Source of the DNA: Candidatus Omnitrophota bacterium
GTDB taxonomy: Bacteria > CAIJMQ01
Length of the DNA: 64,000 nucleotides
Assembly (NCBI GenBank): GCA_018812925.1
Contig: JAHJCU010000004.1
Location: 244,289 to 308,288 of the forward strand
Direction of reading: 5' to 3'
The stretch's first letter is position 1. Every line of letters starts with the position of its first letter. Position numbers and translations under genes: made by a program. This document shows positions 1 through 10,275 of this stretch, in pieces. A model generated the notes under the pieces. That model saw only the letters and a list, made by a program, of their open reading frames with translations. It was not told the origin of the DNA and did no database searches.

Positions 1-432
1 CCAAAAATGAACAGCAAGGTCTTCTTCATTTCCATCATTAGCCATTTTCAACCAACCTGCCGCTTTGGATAATTCACCTTTTAGAAAATAAACATAACCC
101 ATACCTTTGCAAGCACGCCAATCGTTGGAAGATAAAGAAAGCGCCTTTTCAAAATTTAAAAGCGCTTTGTCTTCTTCGCCTTTAATAATATTCACATTTG
201 CAAGTTCTATACGCGCCTTTACCGAACGGGGATTAAGAGCGATTTCCTTTGTGTACATTTCCTTAGCTATATCGAACCGACTTTGTTTTAGATTAATATC
301 TCCAAGCCCTAAATGCGCGCCTCTTATCTTCGGGTCTTGGACAAGCGCTTTTTTTAAATAATCTTCCGCTTTTTCCAATTGACCTTTAAGTTGACAGGTC
401 AGCCCAATATCCAATAGTTCTTCTGCATTCAT
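1..432 (-). CDS. TPR-repeat protein; gene truncated by window start. The N-terminus is encoded at 432. Minus-strand translation starts MNAEELLDIGLTCQLKGQLEKAEDYLKKALVQDPK...
   Basis: Reverse-complement translation is an uninterrupted ORF running off the window edge. Tandem 34-aa TPR-like periodicity (A/L/Y/G spacing, KAL..L..NP motifs). Not in the ORF track because no stop lies inside the window. Confidence 0.5.
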   Translation of the reverse strand, partial: MNAEELLDIGLTCQLKGQLEKAEDYLKKALVQDPKIRGAHLGLGDINLKQSRFDIAKEMYTKEIALNPRSVKARIELANVNIIKGEEDKALLNFEKALSLSSNDWRACKGMGYVYFLKGELSKAAGWLKMANDGNEEDLAVHFW

Positions 433-460
433 AATAATCTTGATTAGTTTTTTAGAAGTT

Positions 461-630
461 AATTACCATTTACTATTTACCCGAAGCACTCCTGTTGGAG
501 TGCGAAGTCCCCCCTGCTAGTTTTGCCCCGTGAAATTCGAAGAATTCCCTGCCCCTTGAAATTACATCCGCAATTTCTAAGGGTAAAAGCAAAACTAGGG
601 GGGATCGTTTATCCATTTACCAATTACGAG
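461..630. repeat. Composite intergenic repeat. Outer termini aattaccatttac / ccatttaccaattacg (family A). Internal hairpin core gaagtcccccctgctagttttgc...gcaaaactagggggg (family B).
   Basis: The terminus motif recurs at 2728-2862, 61891-61978 and 62588-62735. The core motif recurs at 37905-38097, 42030-42150, 42755-42835 and 47640-47760. Confidence 0.7.
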
Positions 631-652
631 TTTTTCATTTTACACTTTCTTA

Positions 653-1978
653 TTATATTTTTCTATTAAGAGCTGAAACCTTATCCCTTAATTTCCTTAT
701 ACTGCTAAACGAAAAGTTGCCCCGTATCAACGGTAATATAGTATCATTATGCCATAGCGGGTCTAAATTATCGTCTATTATTCCTTCATCTTTTAATATC
801 TTCTCATCCATTGTATGGGGAACAAGAGAATAGGTTACAAGTGTTATGTGAACTTTAAGGTTATGCAGAAATTTAATTCCTTCTTCAACTTCTTCTTGCT
901 TCTGATAAGGCATTCCTATCATCAGATATACTCCGATATCTTTACCGCTAAATCCGACACTTTTTAAATTTTCAACCGCTGTCTTGAATTCTTCGGTAGT
1001 AACTTTACCGCCTGTGTTTTTCTGGCGTATAGGATTAACCGTCTCAAAAGATAATGTTATAGTTTTGAAATTGGATTCTTTAAGTTTTTTAGCTAATTTT
1101 TTATCTATAAACCTTACGTGCAAACCATTTGGCGTATGAAAATTAACAGTAATACCCCTTCTCAAAACTCCGTCCAGAATGGGAATAATATGTTTATCGG
1201 CATTTACCAGTAGCGCATCATCATAAAAAGCAATATCTTTAACCCCGTATTTTTCACGGTAAAACTCAATTTCATCGACCACTTCTTTTGGTTGCCTTTG
1301 TACAAATTGTCCATGAAACAACTTGGAACCACAATAAGAACAATTAAAAGGGCATCCTTTAGAGGTCTCTACCACCAGGGAAGAAGTATCAGAGAGTAGA
1401 CTATATTCGGGATAAATATAGTACTTGGGAGATGCGATATTCTGACCTAAGATTGAGGACAACTGCACACAAACCGAAGACAAATCACTTCCTGAAATAA
1501 CATAACCTATTCCCTCTAAACTTTTTGCGTGTTCGGGAAGCAAGGTGGCGTATATACCACCCAAGAGAATCGGAACATCGGGGAATTCTCCTTTCAAAAA
1601 TTTTGCAGTATGTTCAACTCCTGGATACCAATATGTCATTCCCGAAGTCATAAAAATAAAGTCAGGTTTTAGAATATTTTTCACTTCTTCAATGGCAAGC
1701 TTTTCAGGTAACCCATAGATAGAATAAGGACGCTGGATATCTTTTATTGGCTCCGGTTTTTGAATTTTTCTTTTATAAAATTTACCGCAACCAAAACTAT
1801 CATTTCTCGCCAGATTTTTTATTTTGGGATGATTGCGGTTTAAAAAATCAATATACGAAAGATTACATCCGTGTGCTTTGAGCAGGGAGGCTATTCGTAA
1901 AAGTCCGACAGGCCTCATCCATAAATCATATGCCGCAAAATCACATATCCAGGGATTAACGAGTAGAATGTTTTTCAT
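653..1978 (-). CDS. B12-binding domain / radical SAM protein
   Basis: CPFNCSYCGS (CxxxCxxC radical SAM cluster motif). N-terminal Rossmann-like region typical of B12-binding radical SAM enzymes. Confidence 0.7.
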   Translation of the reverse strand: MKNILLVNPWICDFAAYDLWMRPVGLLRIASLLKAHGCNLSYIDFLNRNHPKIKNLARNDSFGCGKFYKRKIQKPEPIKDIQRPYSIYGLPEKLAIEEVKNILKPDFIFMTSGMTYWYPGVEHTAKFLKGEFPDVPILLGGIYATLLPEHAKSLEGIGYVISGSDLSSVCVQLSSILGQNIASPKYYIYPEYSLLSDTSSLVVETSKGCPFNCSYCGSKLFHGQFVQRQPKEVVDEIEFYREKYGVKDIAFYDDALLVNADKHIIPILDGVLRRGITVNFHTPNGLHVRFIDKKLAKKLKESNFKTITLSFETVNPIRQKNTGGKVTTEEFKTAVENLKSVGFSGKDIGVYLMIGMPYQKQEEVEEGIKFLHNLKVHITLVTYSLVPHTMDEKILKDEGIIDDNLDPLWHNDTILPLIRGNFSFSSIRKLRDKVSALNRKI

Positions 1979-2111
1979 AATAATTTAAAGATTGATGCTG
2001 GATGATAGATACTTGATACTAGTAAAAATCTTCTACCAGCAACTGAAATCTAGTATCTAGAATCGTTTTTATTTTAAAAAATAGTTTATCATTTTGATAT
2101 AATTAAAAACA

Positions 2112-2711
2112 ATGGAAATAGTGCTGGCTACTCAAAACAGAGATAAAATAAAAGAGATTAGGGAAATCTTAAAAGGTATTCCCGTTAAACTCATAACTTT
2201 TGATGAACATTCGCGGGAACTTTGCGTTGAAGAAGACGGGAAAACACTGGAAGAAAATGCAATAAAAAAAGCAGAAGTATGGATGAAAGAGACCGAAAAA
2301 CCCGCCTTAGCAGACGATTCGGGACTTGAAGTAGATTATTTAAACGGAGCGCCTGGTGTATATTCATCGCGTTTTGCAGGAGAAAATGTAAATTATGCAG
2401 ACAATAATGTTAAATTATTAAAAATGATGGAAGGTGTGCCAGAAGAAAAAAGAACAGCTCGGTTTAGATGCATTGCCGCTTTAATATTTCCCGACGGGGG
2501 AAAAGAACTGTTTGAAGGAACAATAGAAGGAATAATCATAAATGCTCCCCGAGGCGAATCAGGTTTCGGCTATGACCCGATATTTCTTATACCCGAATAT
2601 AACAAAACATTTGCGGAACTTGGAGATGAAATAAAAAATAAAATTTCGCATAGGGCAATGGCTTTCAGCAAGTTTAGGAAATACCTTGAGATTTATTTAA
2701 ACAAGGGATAG
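2112..2711 (+). CDS. rdgB: Non-canonical purine NTP pyrophosphatase (RdgB/HAM1 family)
   Basis: Full-length match to the HAM1 pattern: ATQNRDKIKE, DDSGLEVDYLNGAPGVYSSRFAG, GFGYDPIF, ISHRAMAF. Confidence 0.9.
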   Translation: MEIVLATQNRDKIKEIREILKGIPVKLITFDEHSRELCVEEDGKTLEENAIKKAEVWMKETEKPALADDSGLEVDYLNGAPGVYSSRFAGENVNYADNNVKLLKMMEGVPEEKRTARFRCIAALIFPDGGKELFEGTIEGIIINAPRGESGFGYDPIFLIPEYNKTFAELGDEIKNKISHRAMAFSKFRKYLEIYLNKG

Positions 2712-2727
2712 CTGATACATTGGTTAG

Positions 2728-2862
2728 ATTTCGTAATTGGTAACTCGCCCCGTGGAATCTAAAAGATTCCCGGGACCAAAGTCCTTGAGATTGCTCAGCA
2801 ATCTCTAAGGGTAAACTGTAATTCGTAATTTTTTAATTACCATTTACCATTTACTATTTGCG
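2728..2862. repeat. MITE-like element, family A. TIR tcgtaattggtaa ... ttaccatttac. Internal palindromes cccgtggaatct/agattcccggg and gagattgctcagcaatctc.
   Basis: The 70-bp core 2750-2820 is the near-exact reverse complement (1 mismatch by eye) of 62640-62710. Confidence 0.75.
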
Positions 2863-2868
2863 GGAATT

Positions 2869-3495
2869 ATGACTAAAATTAAAATCTGCGGTATAACAAA
2901 TCTGGAAGACGCGCTTTTTGCTGCATCACTTGGAGTAGATGCTCTCGGATTTGTATTTGCCAAAAGCAAGCGAAGAATAACTGCGGTGGATGCCAGCCAA
3001 ATAATCGATGAACTTCCGCAATCTGTGCTAAAAATAGGAGTATTTGTTAACGAAGAAGAACAAAGAGTGAGAGAGATACTTCAAGTCTGCCGCCTTAATA
3101 TGATCCAATTCCACGGCGATGAATCCCCCGAATATATATTGAAATTCAGAGAAGAAGTAATCAAATCTTTTAGAATAGAAAATGAAAATTCCTTAAAAGA
3201 TATTCCTAAATATAAAGCGATTGCATATCTTTTAGACACATATTCTAAAGAAAGTTATGGAGGTACAGGCGAAACATTCAACTGGGATTTGGCAGTCAAA
3301 GCCAAAAAATTCGGTCCGATAATCTTGGCAGGCGGTTTAACACCGGATAATGTTGTAGAAGCAATCAAGAAAGTCCAACCCTACGGCGTAGATGTTTCTT
3401 CAGGCGTCGAATCCTACCCCGGCAAAAAAGACCCGCAAAAGTTAGAAGAGTTTGTGAAGAGGGTGAGGGGGATTTCGAATACAGACATGACTTAA
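2869..3495 (+). CDS. trpF: Phosphoribosylanthranilate isomerase
   Basis: KICGIT...DA...GAD.LGFVF start and overall PRAI (TIM barrel) pattern. Length 208 aa. Confidence 0.85.
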   Translation: MTKIKICGITNLEDALFAASLGVDALGFVFAKSKRRITAVDASQIIDELPQSVLKIGVFVNEEEQRVREILQVCRLNMIQFHGDESPEYILKFREEVIKSFRIENENSLKDIPKYKAIAYLLDTYSKESYGGTGETFNWDLAVKAKKFGPIILAGGLTPDNVVEAIKKVQPYGVDVSSGVESYPGKKDPQKLEEFVKRVRGISNTDMT

Positions 3496-4430
3496 GGGGA
3501 TTTTACTTGAATGGATTCATCTGAAATGCAATCTGCGATCTTGCGATAAACGGTAGTAATTTCATCCGTAATGTTCCACGCATAACTCAGAGCGTCAATC
3601 TGTTTTTCAGAAGAAAACTTTTTATGAGAATAAGCTTTAGGATTGTCAGGAAGAATAATAGATACTGCCCATAAGTTGTCCCCCAGATGGTTCATTATAG
3701 GTAAAAGCCAACCCGTCTTAGTTAAAGTATAATAATGTTGTATGCAATCTCGATACTCTTTTGCTTTTGCTCCATAATTTCCCCAACTTTCATTCAGTCT
3801 ATCAATCAATAGCTTAGGCAATAAATTTGAGCGCTTACATACAGCGAGGAATTTCTCAAAAGACCTAGGACAACCTTCTTTCTTGAAAAAGACAGACCAA
3901 AGAACTATGCGTATCATTTCATAACAGCGTATCGCAACAGTAATAAGAGCATCAAATTCGTAAAGTGGCTCACAAGTATGCATTGGAGCAAATGTTTGAC
4001 CTGTTTCTTCCCCTTCGAATCTACCTTTTGAATTAGCAAATCGCAAAGCAATATCACAATAACTATACGCTAATCTTTTACAGTGATATTCCAAAGCTCC
4101 CAAAACATAAACTAAGTCATGAAACTGCTCAACAGACAGACCTTTCTTGCCTATAAGCAACGTCTCAGCTTCGAAATATAGATCCAAACAGGATGGATTT
4201 GTTGGAGATAATAAATCTTCTTGAAACCCTTGAGGTACCCAAAAGGCTTTTAATAATGGGCGAAGACCATATTTCTTTTCTATAAGTTGTGGCTTCCATG
4301 GGACGAAATTTCCACCTCTTACCGAACGATAGTGCCATATACCATTATCATTTAAAACTACTTCGATTCCTTTTTCATAGATTATACGAATTAAGCCATA
4401 TTTTTCTTTGGCAATCTTTTTAGATACCAC
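3492..4430 (-). CDS. Hypothetical protein. Possible HEPN/Abi-like (abortive-infection type) protein.
   Basis: 312-aa ORF converging on trpF (4-nt overlap). No housekeeping family recognised. Contains an R-x4-H motif (YRDCIQHY) as in HEPN RNase folds. Assignment tentative. Confidence 0.3.
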   Translation of the reverse strand: MVSKKIAKEKYGLIRIIYEKGIEVVLNDNGIWHYRSVRGGNFVPWKPQLIEKKYGLRPLLKAFWVPQGFQEDLLSPTNPSCLDLYFEAETLLIGKKGLSVEQFHDLVYVLGALEYHCKRLAYSYCDIALRFANSKGRFEGEETGQTFAPMHTCEPLYEFDALITVAIRCYEMIRIVLWSVFFKKEGCPRSFEKFLAVCKRSNLLPKLLIDRLNESWGNYGAKAKEYRDCIQHYYTLTKTGWLLPIMNHLGDNLWAVSIILPDNPKAYSHKKFSSEKQIDALSYAWNITDEITTVYRKIADCISDESIQVKSP

Positions 4431-4478
4431 GATTTTAATTTATACTCCGCTGTATTCAAAAAATCAATTTTCAGGCGT

Positions 4479-4694
4479 TTATTTTTTGTTTTTGTCGACG
4501 ATATTAAATACAAAGGTGAGCAGTAGTGATATGGTCACGCTAATAATAACGGAAATCAATACAATATGCAGAAGACTTAATCCCATAGTAATGCCGACAC
4601 CTACTGAAACTCCACCTGCAACACCGGATGAAATTCCTGTAATCATACCCGCTCGCCTTTTTATATTTATGCTATCTTCCCGTTTCAGAAACAT
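4479..4694 (-). CDS. Small glycine-zipper membrane protein (71 aa)
   Basis: Starts 3 nt after the arfB stop on the same strand. GxxxG-rich hydrophobic core GISSGVAGGVSVGVGITMGL followed by a second TM segment. Confidence 0.45.
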   Translation of the reverse strand: MFLKREDSINIKRRAGMITGISSGVAGGVSVGVGITMGLSLLHIVLISVIISVTISLLLTFVFNIVDKNKK

Positions 4695-4697
4695 TCT

Positions 4698-5117
4698 CTA
4701 TTCCTCCTTGATTCCTACTTTAGACCTAAGCGACTTTTTATCTGACTGTTTGTGTTTTGCCTCAAGCATCTTTTCTTTGGCGCGTTTGGAGCGTCTGCGT
4801 TTTTGTCTGCGGATTTTTTCAATGCGTTTTCTTTCCGCCGCAACAAAGCCTTTTTGTTTTTTTTCGATTAAATCAAGAATGCGTCTTCGCGCAAGGAGAC
4901 GGTTTAGCACTTGACTACGCGTTTCCTGGCATTTGACAGAAAGCCCTGTAGGAATATGGGTTAGTACAACGCAGGTTGAGGTTTTGTTGACATTTTGTCC
5001 GCCAGGGCCGGATGAACGGATAAATTTTTCTTCCATGTCGCTTTCTTTAACTCCGAGTTGCACCATACGCTTATCAAGTTCTTGCTGTTTTCCTGAAGAG
5101 ACATTGAATTGATTCAT
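4698..5117 (-). CDS. arfB: Peptidyl-tRNA hydrolase ArfB (class I release factor-like, GGQ domain)
   Basis: SGPGGQNVNK GGQ motif. Basic C-terminal tail (RRRSKRAKEK). About 139 aa, as in ArfB/YaeJ. Confidence 0.85.
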   Translation of the reverse strand: MNQFNVSSGKQQELDKRMVQLGVKESDMEEKFIRSSGPGGQNVNKTSTCVVLTHIPTGLSVKCQETRSQVLNRLLARRRILDLIEKKQKGFVAAERKRIEKIRRQKRRRSKRAKEKMLEAKHKQSDKKSLRSKVGIKEE

Positions 5118-5160
5118 TTGGAATGTATTATTCTAATTAACGCTATAGATTGCCCTGATT

Positions 5161-6354
5161 TCATCTCCTACCTATTTGGGAAAGAATTTTCATGTGCGGC
5201 TGGAAAATCATATCGTAAATATCCATAGCGTAACGGTCGGTCATACCTGAGATATAATCCGATATATATATTAATTCTTCCTTTTTGTTTTTTCTTATTC
5301 TTTCCTGCACATTTATAGGTAGAAGTTCGCGTTTATCTTTGAATTTGTTGAATAGCCGTCTTATTATTTCCCTGCCTTTTTCTATCATTAAAAGCACATT
5401 GGGATGCTGATACATCTCTTTCTCAAGTATATTTCTCAGTTGATTAAAATCTTCTATTTCATCTTTAGCAAAGCCGACTATGGGATGGGATAATTTTCTA
5501 ATATCAAGACAACTGTTTACTTTTTTCTTCTGCAGGTTTTCATAAGTCTGGGTCAGGACTTTCACATTGCAATATTCAATTAAATGTCTTACAGACCTGC
5601 GATATATAAGTTCTTTGTTTTGGGAACCTACTTCTTTTTTAGCTTTGGTAAAAACTTTTTTCCACAGCAGGTTACCGGATTCATTTAAAATATCGTCGGT
5701 TATAAGCCCCACCCTTAATCCGTCGTCCAAATCATGAGCCAAAAAAGCCAGTTCATCTGCCACTGAAACAATTTGAGCTTCTATACTTGGCTGGGGAAAG
5801 CGTAAAAATTCTTTTGGAGATGTAAATTTATCATAAGCGGTTAAATGACGCGCAATACCTTCTCTTACTTCCCATGTAAGATTTAAACCATCAAAATCAA
5901 CATATCTTTTTTCCAGTTTGTCCACAATGCGAAGACCTTGAAGATTATGGTTAAACCCACCGTTGGCTTTCATTAGTTCGCACAACTCTGCTTCCCCTGC
6001 ATGTCCAAAAGGCGTATGCCCAATATCGTGCGCAAGAGCAATAACTTCCACTAAATCTTCATTTACTTTCAAGGTTCTGGCCAAAGTTCGGGCGTGTTGC
6101 ATAACTTCTATCGTATGAGTAAGCCGTGTACGGTAAAAATCGGCTTCATCAATAAGGAAAACCTGTGTTTTATATTGAAGTCTTCTAAAAGCCGAGGAAT
6201 AGATTATTCTATCTCTGTCTCTTTGAAAGGCACTGCGATAAAAATCTTTACCTTCTTTAAAATGTCTTTTTGCGTTTTTGCTTTTGGAACTATACGAAGC
6301 CAACATATCTTCTGCTGATTCAATTCTTTCCCTGATAGATTCTTTTTTTGACAT
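5161..6354 (-). CDS. dGTP triphosphohydrolase-like HD-domain phosphohydrolase
   Basis: HD motif AHDIGHTPFGHAGE. Length and DLDD.. pattern of the Dgt family. Confidence 0.75.
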   Translation of the reverse strand: MSKKESIRERIESAEDMLASYSSKSKNAKRHFKEGKDFYRSAFQRDRDRIIYSSAFRRLQYKTQVFLIDEADFYRTRLTHTIEVMQHARTLARTLKVNEDLVEVIALAHDIGHTPFGHAGEAELCELMKANGGFNHNLQGLRIVDKLEKRYVDFDGLNLTWEVREGIARHLTAYDKFTSPKEFLRFPQPSIEAQIVSVADELAFLAHDLDDGLRVGLITDDILNESGNLLWKKVFTKAKKEVGSQNKELIYRRSVRHLIEYCNVKVLTQTYENLQKKKVNSCLDIRKLSHPIVGFAKDEIEDFNQLRNILEKEMYQHPNVLLMIEKGREIIRRLFNKFKDKRELLPINVQERIRKNKKEELIYISDYISGMTDRYAMDIYDMIFQPHMKILSQIGRR

Positions 6355-6451
6355 GTCTTATTGTAAGAAGATACTGTTTTATTGTCAAACCCCGCTGTCC
6401 CCGTTAAACTCTTTGAAATGAGTTCCCACGCCTCGGCTAAACAAAAAGCGG

Positions 6452-6480
6452 TTGTCTATGAAATATTCATCTGTTATAAT
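6452..6480 (+). promoter_or_regulatory. Putative sigma-70 promoter of ftsH (TTGTCT - 17 nt - TATAAT)
   Basis: Hexamers read directly about 20 nt upstream of the ftsH start. Confidence 0.4.
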
Positions 6481-6500
6481 GCCCGAAAATAGGGTTTAAA

Positions 6501-8447
6501 ATGGGAAAAAGAGAAAATTTTAAAAAGAAGGTTGCGCAAAAGAGTCGCGGGACGTTTCCACGAGCTCTTGTATTAGGAATTCTAATTTTTGGATTATTCC
6601 TGTATATGCTCAGTATGTTTAACCTAAATAAAGAAGAAATAATTCCGGTTACATATTCAGAATTCATACAACAGGTAAAAGATGGGAACATAGCCTCTGC
6701 AGTTGTTATAGAAAAGATTACCAGAGGAAGAGATATAAAAGGTGTTTTTACTTCTGGCAAATCTTTTGCTGTTTATGCGCCCGAAGACCCTGTATTATTT
6801 AAACTTCTCGATGAATATAATGTTAGTTATGACGCAAAGCCGGAAGATACGATATTAAAACAGATTCTTTCATTTCTTCCGTTTCTCCTATTTATCCTCT
6901 TTATATGGTTTTTTGTTTTTCGCCAAATGCAATCCACAGGCAATAAAGCGTTATCATTTGGCAAAAGCAGAGCCCGAATGGCTACAAACGATAAGCAGAA
7001 AGTGACTTTTAAAGATGTGGCAGGGGTAGATGAAGCAAAAGAAGAATTACAGGAAATTATAGATTTCTTAAAAAGCCCCCAAAAGTTTCAGAAATTGGGC
7101 GGTAAAATACCAAAAGGTGTTCTTATAGTAGGACAACCAGGTACAGGGAAAACATTATTGGCAAAAGCAATAGCAGGAGAAGCCAATGTTCCTTTCTTTT
7201 CTATATCCGGTTCAGATTTTGTGGAAATGTTCGTAGGGGTGGGAGCAGCCAGAGTGAGAGACCTATTTGAAAAAGCTAAAAAACAATCTCCTTCTATTAT
7301 TTTTGTGGATGAGATAGATGCGGTAGGAAGACAAAGAGGAGCTGGATTTGGTGGAGGACATGATGAAAGAGAACAGACTCTAAATCAGTTGCTCTCTGAA
7401 ATGGACGGTTTTGATACAAAAGCAGGTGTAATTATGATTGCTGCAACAAACAGACCCGACGTTTTAGACCCTGCACTTCTTCGCCCCGGCAGATTTGATA
7501 GACATATCGTAGTTGATATGCCCGATATAAAGGGAAGAGAAGAAATCATGCAAATCCACACCAGAGAAGTTAAATTGGGTAAAGATGTAGATTTGAAATT
7601 AATTGCGCGGCAGACACCCGGTTTCTCTGGAGCTGACTTGGCAAACCTCGTAAACGAAGCAGCTCTACTTGCCGCAAGAAGAAATAAACAAATGGTCAGC
7701 AATAACGAACTGGAAGAATCTATTTACAGAGTTATGGCTGGGCCCGAAAGAAAGAGCAGAGTTATATCTGAACATGAGAAGAAGTTGATAGCCTATCATG
7801 AATCCGGCCATGCTCTTATTGCTCATCTCTTGCCATTTGCAGATCCTGTTCATAAAATTTCCATCATTCCCCGGGGTATTGCTGCACTTGGATATACTTT
7901 GCAATTACCTCTTGAAGATAGATTTATAATGACAAAGAGCGAGATACTGGAAAAAATTACTGTCCTTATGGGCGGCAGAATAGCAGAGAATATATTTTTT
8001 AACGAGAGCACCACAGGAGCAAAAAGTGATTTAAAGGTAGCTACAGAAACAGTGCAGAAGATGATAACAGAATATGGAATGAGCGAGAAATTGGGTCCTA
8101 TAACCTTAGGTAAAAGTGATGAACTGGTATTCCTGGGCCGAGATTTCTCCAGAGAGAGAAATTTTTCGGAAGCTGTGGCTTCAGAAATAGATGAGGAAAT
8201 ACGAAGGATAATCAATGAATGTTACAAAAGAGGAGAAGATATTATAAAAAATAATAAAGCAAAAATAGAGAAATTAGTAAAAATACTACTCACAAAAGAA
8301 GTTTTGGATGCCGAAGAAATAGAAAAAATATTGGGCAAGTCTCCTAAAAAGAATTCTTTGCCTCTAACAAACTCAAAGCTATCAGGCAAAGAACAAAAAA
8401 CAAAAGTAATAGAGCCGCCCGTGATTCGCCAAAACGAGAAGGTTTAA
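6501..8447 (+). CDS. ftsH: ATP-dependent zinc metalloprotease FtsH
   Basis: N-terminal TM pair, Walker [12 protein letters not shown] region, HESGHAL zinc site. Confidence 0.95.
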   Translation: MGKRENFKKKVAQKSRGTFPRALVLGILIFGLFLYMLSMFNLNKEEIIPVTYSEFIQQVKDGNIASAVVIEKITRGRDIKGVFTSGKSFAVYAPEDPVLFKLLDEYNVSYDAKPEDTILKQILSFLPFLLFILFIWFFVFRQMQSTGNKALSFGKSRARMATNDKQKVTFKDVAGVDEAKEELQEIIDFLKSPQKFQKLGGKIPKGVLIVGQPGTGKTLLAKAIAGEANVPFFSISGSDFVEMFVGVGAARVRDLFEKAKKQSPSIIFVDEIDAVGRQRGAGFGGGHDEREQTLNQLLSEMDGFDTKAGVIMIAATNRPDVLDPALLRPGRFDRHIVVDMPDIKGREEIMQIHTREVKLGKDVDLKLIARQTPGFSGADLANLVNEAALLAARRNKQMVSNNELEESIYRVMAGPERKSRVISEHEKKLIAYHESGHALIAHLLPFADPVHKISIIPRGIAALGYTLQLPLEDRFIMTKSEILEKITVLMGGRIAENIFFNESTTGAKSDLKVATETVQKMITEYGMSEKLGPITLGKSDELVFLGRDFSRERNFSEAVASEIDEEIRRIINECYKRGEDIIKNNKAKIEKLVKILLTKEVLDAEEIEKILGKSPKKNSLPLTNSKLSGKEQKTKVIEPPVIRQNEKV

Positions 8448-8469
8448 AAAATCCATTATCTTCAATACA

Positions 8470-9339
8470 ATGGTTTGTCTTAAATGCGGTCGATATAATC
8501 TCAATTTAGAATCAAAAACCCATCTGATGGGGATTTTAAACATAACACCTGATTCGTTCTATGACGGCGGAAAATATTCATCTCTATCACAAACAGAAAA
8601 AAGAGCAATACAGATAGAAGAAGACGGAGCGGATATAATCGATATAGGAGGAGTTTCCACGCGCCCCGGTTCACAACCTCCCAGCGAAGAAGAAGAAACA
8701 AAAAGAGTCATCCCCTTAATCAAAAAAATAATCAAAAAAATAAATATTCCAATCTCTATCGATACTTATCGCGCAGAAGTGGCAAGAAAAGCGCTGGATT
8801 TAGGCGTAAGTATTGTGAACGATGTTACTGCTCTTAACGGTGATAAAAAAATGGTTGAAGTTGTTGCCGAATATAATGTCCCAATTATTTTAATGCACAT
8901 GAAAGGGGAACCTTGCAAGATGCAGAAAAATCCTTACTACAAAAATGTAATACAAGAAATAAGTCAATTTTTAAAAGAAAGAATTGATTTTTCTCTTGCG
9001 CGTGGCATAAAGAAAGAAAACATACTCATTGACCCCGGGATAGGATTTGGGAAAAGATTAGAAGATAATCTTGAAATCATAAGCAAGTTAAAAGAATTCG
9101 GCGGGTTAGGAAAACCTATCGTCCTTGGAGTTTCAAGGAAATCTTTTATAGGCAAGGTGCTTGATTTGCCGATAGAAGAACGACTTTTGGGCACTGCCGC
9201 ATCTGTAACAGCGGCAATTATGAACGGAGCCAATATTTTAAGAGTTCACGACATAGCCGAAATGTCTCAGGTAATCAAAATGACAGATGTGATACTACGA
9301 CCAAAGACTAAAGACTGTAGACCTAAGACTAGCAACTAA
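8470..9339 (+). CDS. folP: Dihydropteroate synthase
   Basis: GILNITPDSFYDGG, DIGG.STRPG pterin-binding motifs. Conserved ftsH-folP synteny. Confidence 0.9.
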   Translation: MVCLKCGRYNLNLESKTHLMGILNITPDSFYDGGKYSSLSQTEKRAIQIEEDGADIIDIGGVSTRPGSQPPSEEEETKRVIPLIKKIIKKINIPISIDTYRAEVARKALDLGVSIVNDVTALNGDKKMVEVVAEYNVPIILMHMKGEPCKMQKNPYYKNVIQEISQFLKERIDFSLARGIKKENILIDPGIGFGKRLEDNLEIISKLKEFGGLGKPIVLGVSRKSFIGKVLDLPIEERLLGTAASVTAAIMNGANILRVHDIAEMSQVIKMTDVILRPKTKDCRPKTSN

Positions 9340-9388
9340 AAATATGTTGCTTGTGTTTTGTAGGTCTTGAGTCTGTTGTCTTCAGTCT
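9305..9388. repeat. Imperfect palindrome built from AGAC(T/A) pentamer units (agactaaagactgtagacctaagact ... taggtcttgagtctgttgtcttcagtct)
   Basis: Overlaps the last codons of folP and the folP-rhomboid spacer. A similar AGACAG-unit tract lies at 22195-22255. Confidence 0.5.
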
Positions 9389-9403
9389 ATAGTCTATATT
9401 TAA

Positions 9404-10090
9404 ATGATACCTTTAAAAAACGATATCCCAAGAAATACTTTCCCTTTAATAGTCTTACTACTTATTCTAATTAATATCCTTCTTTTCTTTCATGAAATAT
9501 CTTTGGGAAAATCTTTAGAGTTATTTATAAAAAATTACGGCGTCATACCTGTAAATTTCTTTTCCAACAAAGCCGACTTATTTTCGAGGGGCTATACTTT
9601 AATTACCTCAATTTTTCTTCACGGAAGTTGGCTGCATCTTTTTGGAAATATGTGGTTTTTATGGATTTTTGGTAAAAACATAGAAGACAGGCTTGGGCAT
9701 CTGCGCTACATAATTTTTTATTTGGGATGCGGGATAGCAGGAGGATTGGCGCATATTTATGTCAATCCCGCTTCAGCTATACCGACTATAGGAGCTTCGG
9801 GAGCAATCTCGGGTATTCTCGGCGCTTATTTTATTCTTTATCCTTTTGCGCGCATTCTTACTGCAGTGCCAATTTTCTTCTTTTTTTATTTTATAAAACT
9901 CCCTGCTTTCTTTTTTTTAGGACTATGGTTTCTTATACAGTTTTTTTCGGGAACATCGTCTATATTAACCGAACCAACCTCAATGGGAGAAGTCGCCTGG
10001 TGGGCGCACGTAGGAGGTTTTGCTGCCGGTATAATTCTTGTCCCGTTTTTTTTAATAGGAAGAAAAAAGCCTGCCCGCTCGTTTACATAA
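9404..10090 (+). CDS. Rhomboid family intramembrane serine protease
   Basis: GASGAISGILGAYF (GxSG) and downstream HVGGFAAG catalytic His. Multiple TM helices. Confidence 0.8.
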   Translation: MIPLKNDIPRNTFPLIVLLLILINILLFFHEISLGKSLELFIKNYGVIPVNFFSNKADLFSRGYTLITSIFLHGSWLHLFGNMWFLWIFGKNIEDRLGHLRYIIFYLGCGIAGGLAHIYVNPASAIPTIGASGAISGILGAYFILYPFARILTAVPIFFFFYFIKLPAFFFLGLWFLIQFFSGTSSILTEPTSMGEVAWWAHVGGFAAGIILVPFFLIGRKKPARSFT

Positions 10091-10116
10091 ACAAGCAGGC
10101 AGGAAAAGTAAAACAA
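10081..10116. terminator. Bidirectional GC-rich hairpin between convergent rhomboid and mreB genes (cctgcccgctcgt...acaagcaggcagg)
   Basis: About 13-bp imperfect stem, 8-nt loop. Lies between convergent genes. Confidence 0.5.
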
Positions 10117-10224
10117 AATAATTAATTGTTTACCCCGTTTAGAGATAAAAAAAAAACAAACAAAAGGTCAAATCCCACTTAAAATTGTAAAAGCTGACGA
10201 GAAGACAGCGATATTACAGATAAG

Positions 10225-10275
10225 TTACGGTCGCCATTGTATATGTGGCGACCTATCTCTAACGGAGTTTATTCA
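10225..10275. repeat. Family D element: cggtcgccattgtatatgtggcgacctatctctaacggagtttattc
   Basis: Second copy at 25155-25197 contains a perfect 18-bp palindrome ggtcgccatatggcgacc followed by the same tatctctaacgg.gtttat tail. Confidence 0.7.

Noticed and set aside
107-361. 84-aa plus-strand ORF
   Set aside because: Lies antisense inside the better-supported minus-strand TPR gene (1-432). Low-complexity S/F/I-rich translation typical of shadow ORFs.
4408-4914. 168-aa plus-strand ORF
   Set aside because: Antisense to arfB and the small membrane gene. Translation is low-complexity (S/F/L/R-rich) with no motif.
7385-8215. Three minus-strand ORFs (105, 79, 121 aa)
   Set aside because: All embedded antisense in ftsH, which is unambiguous.
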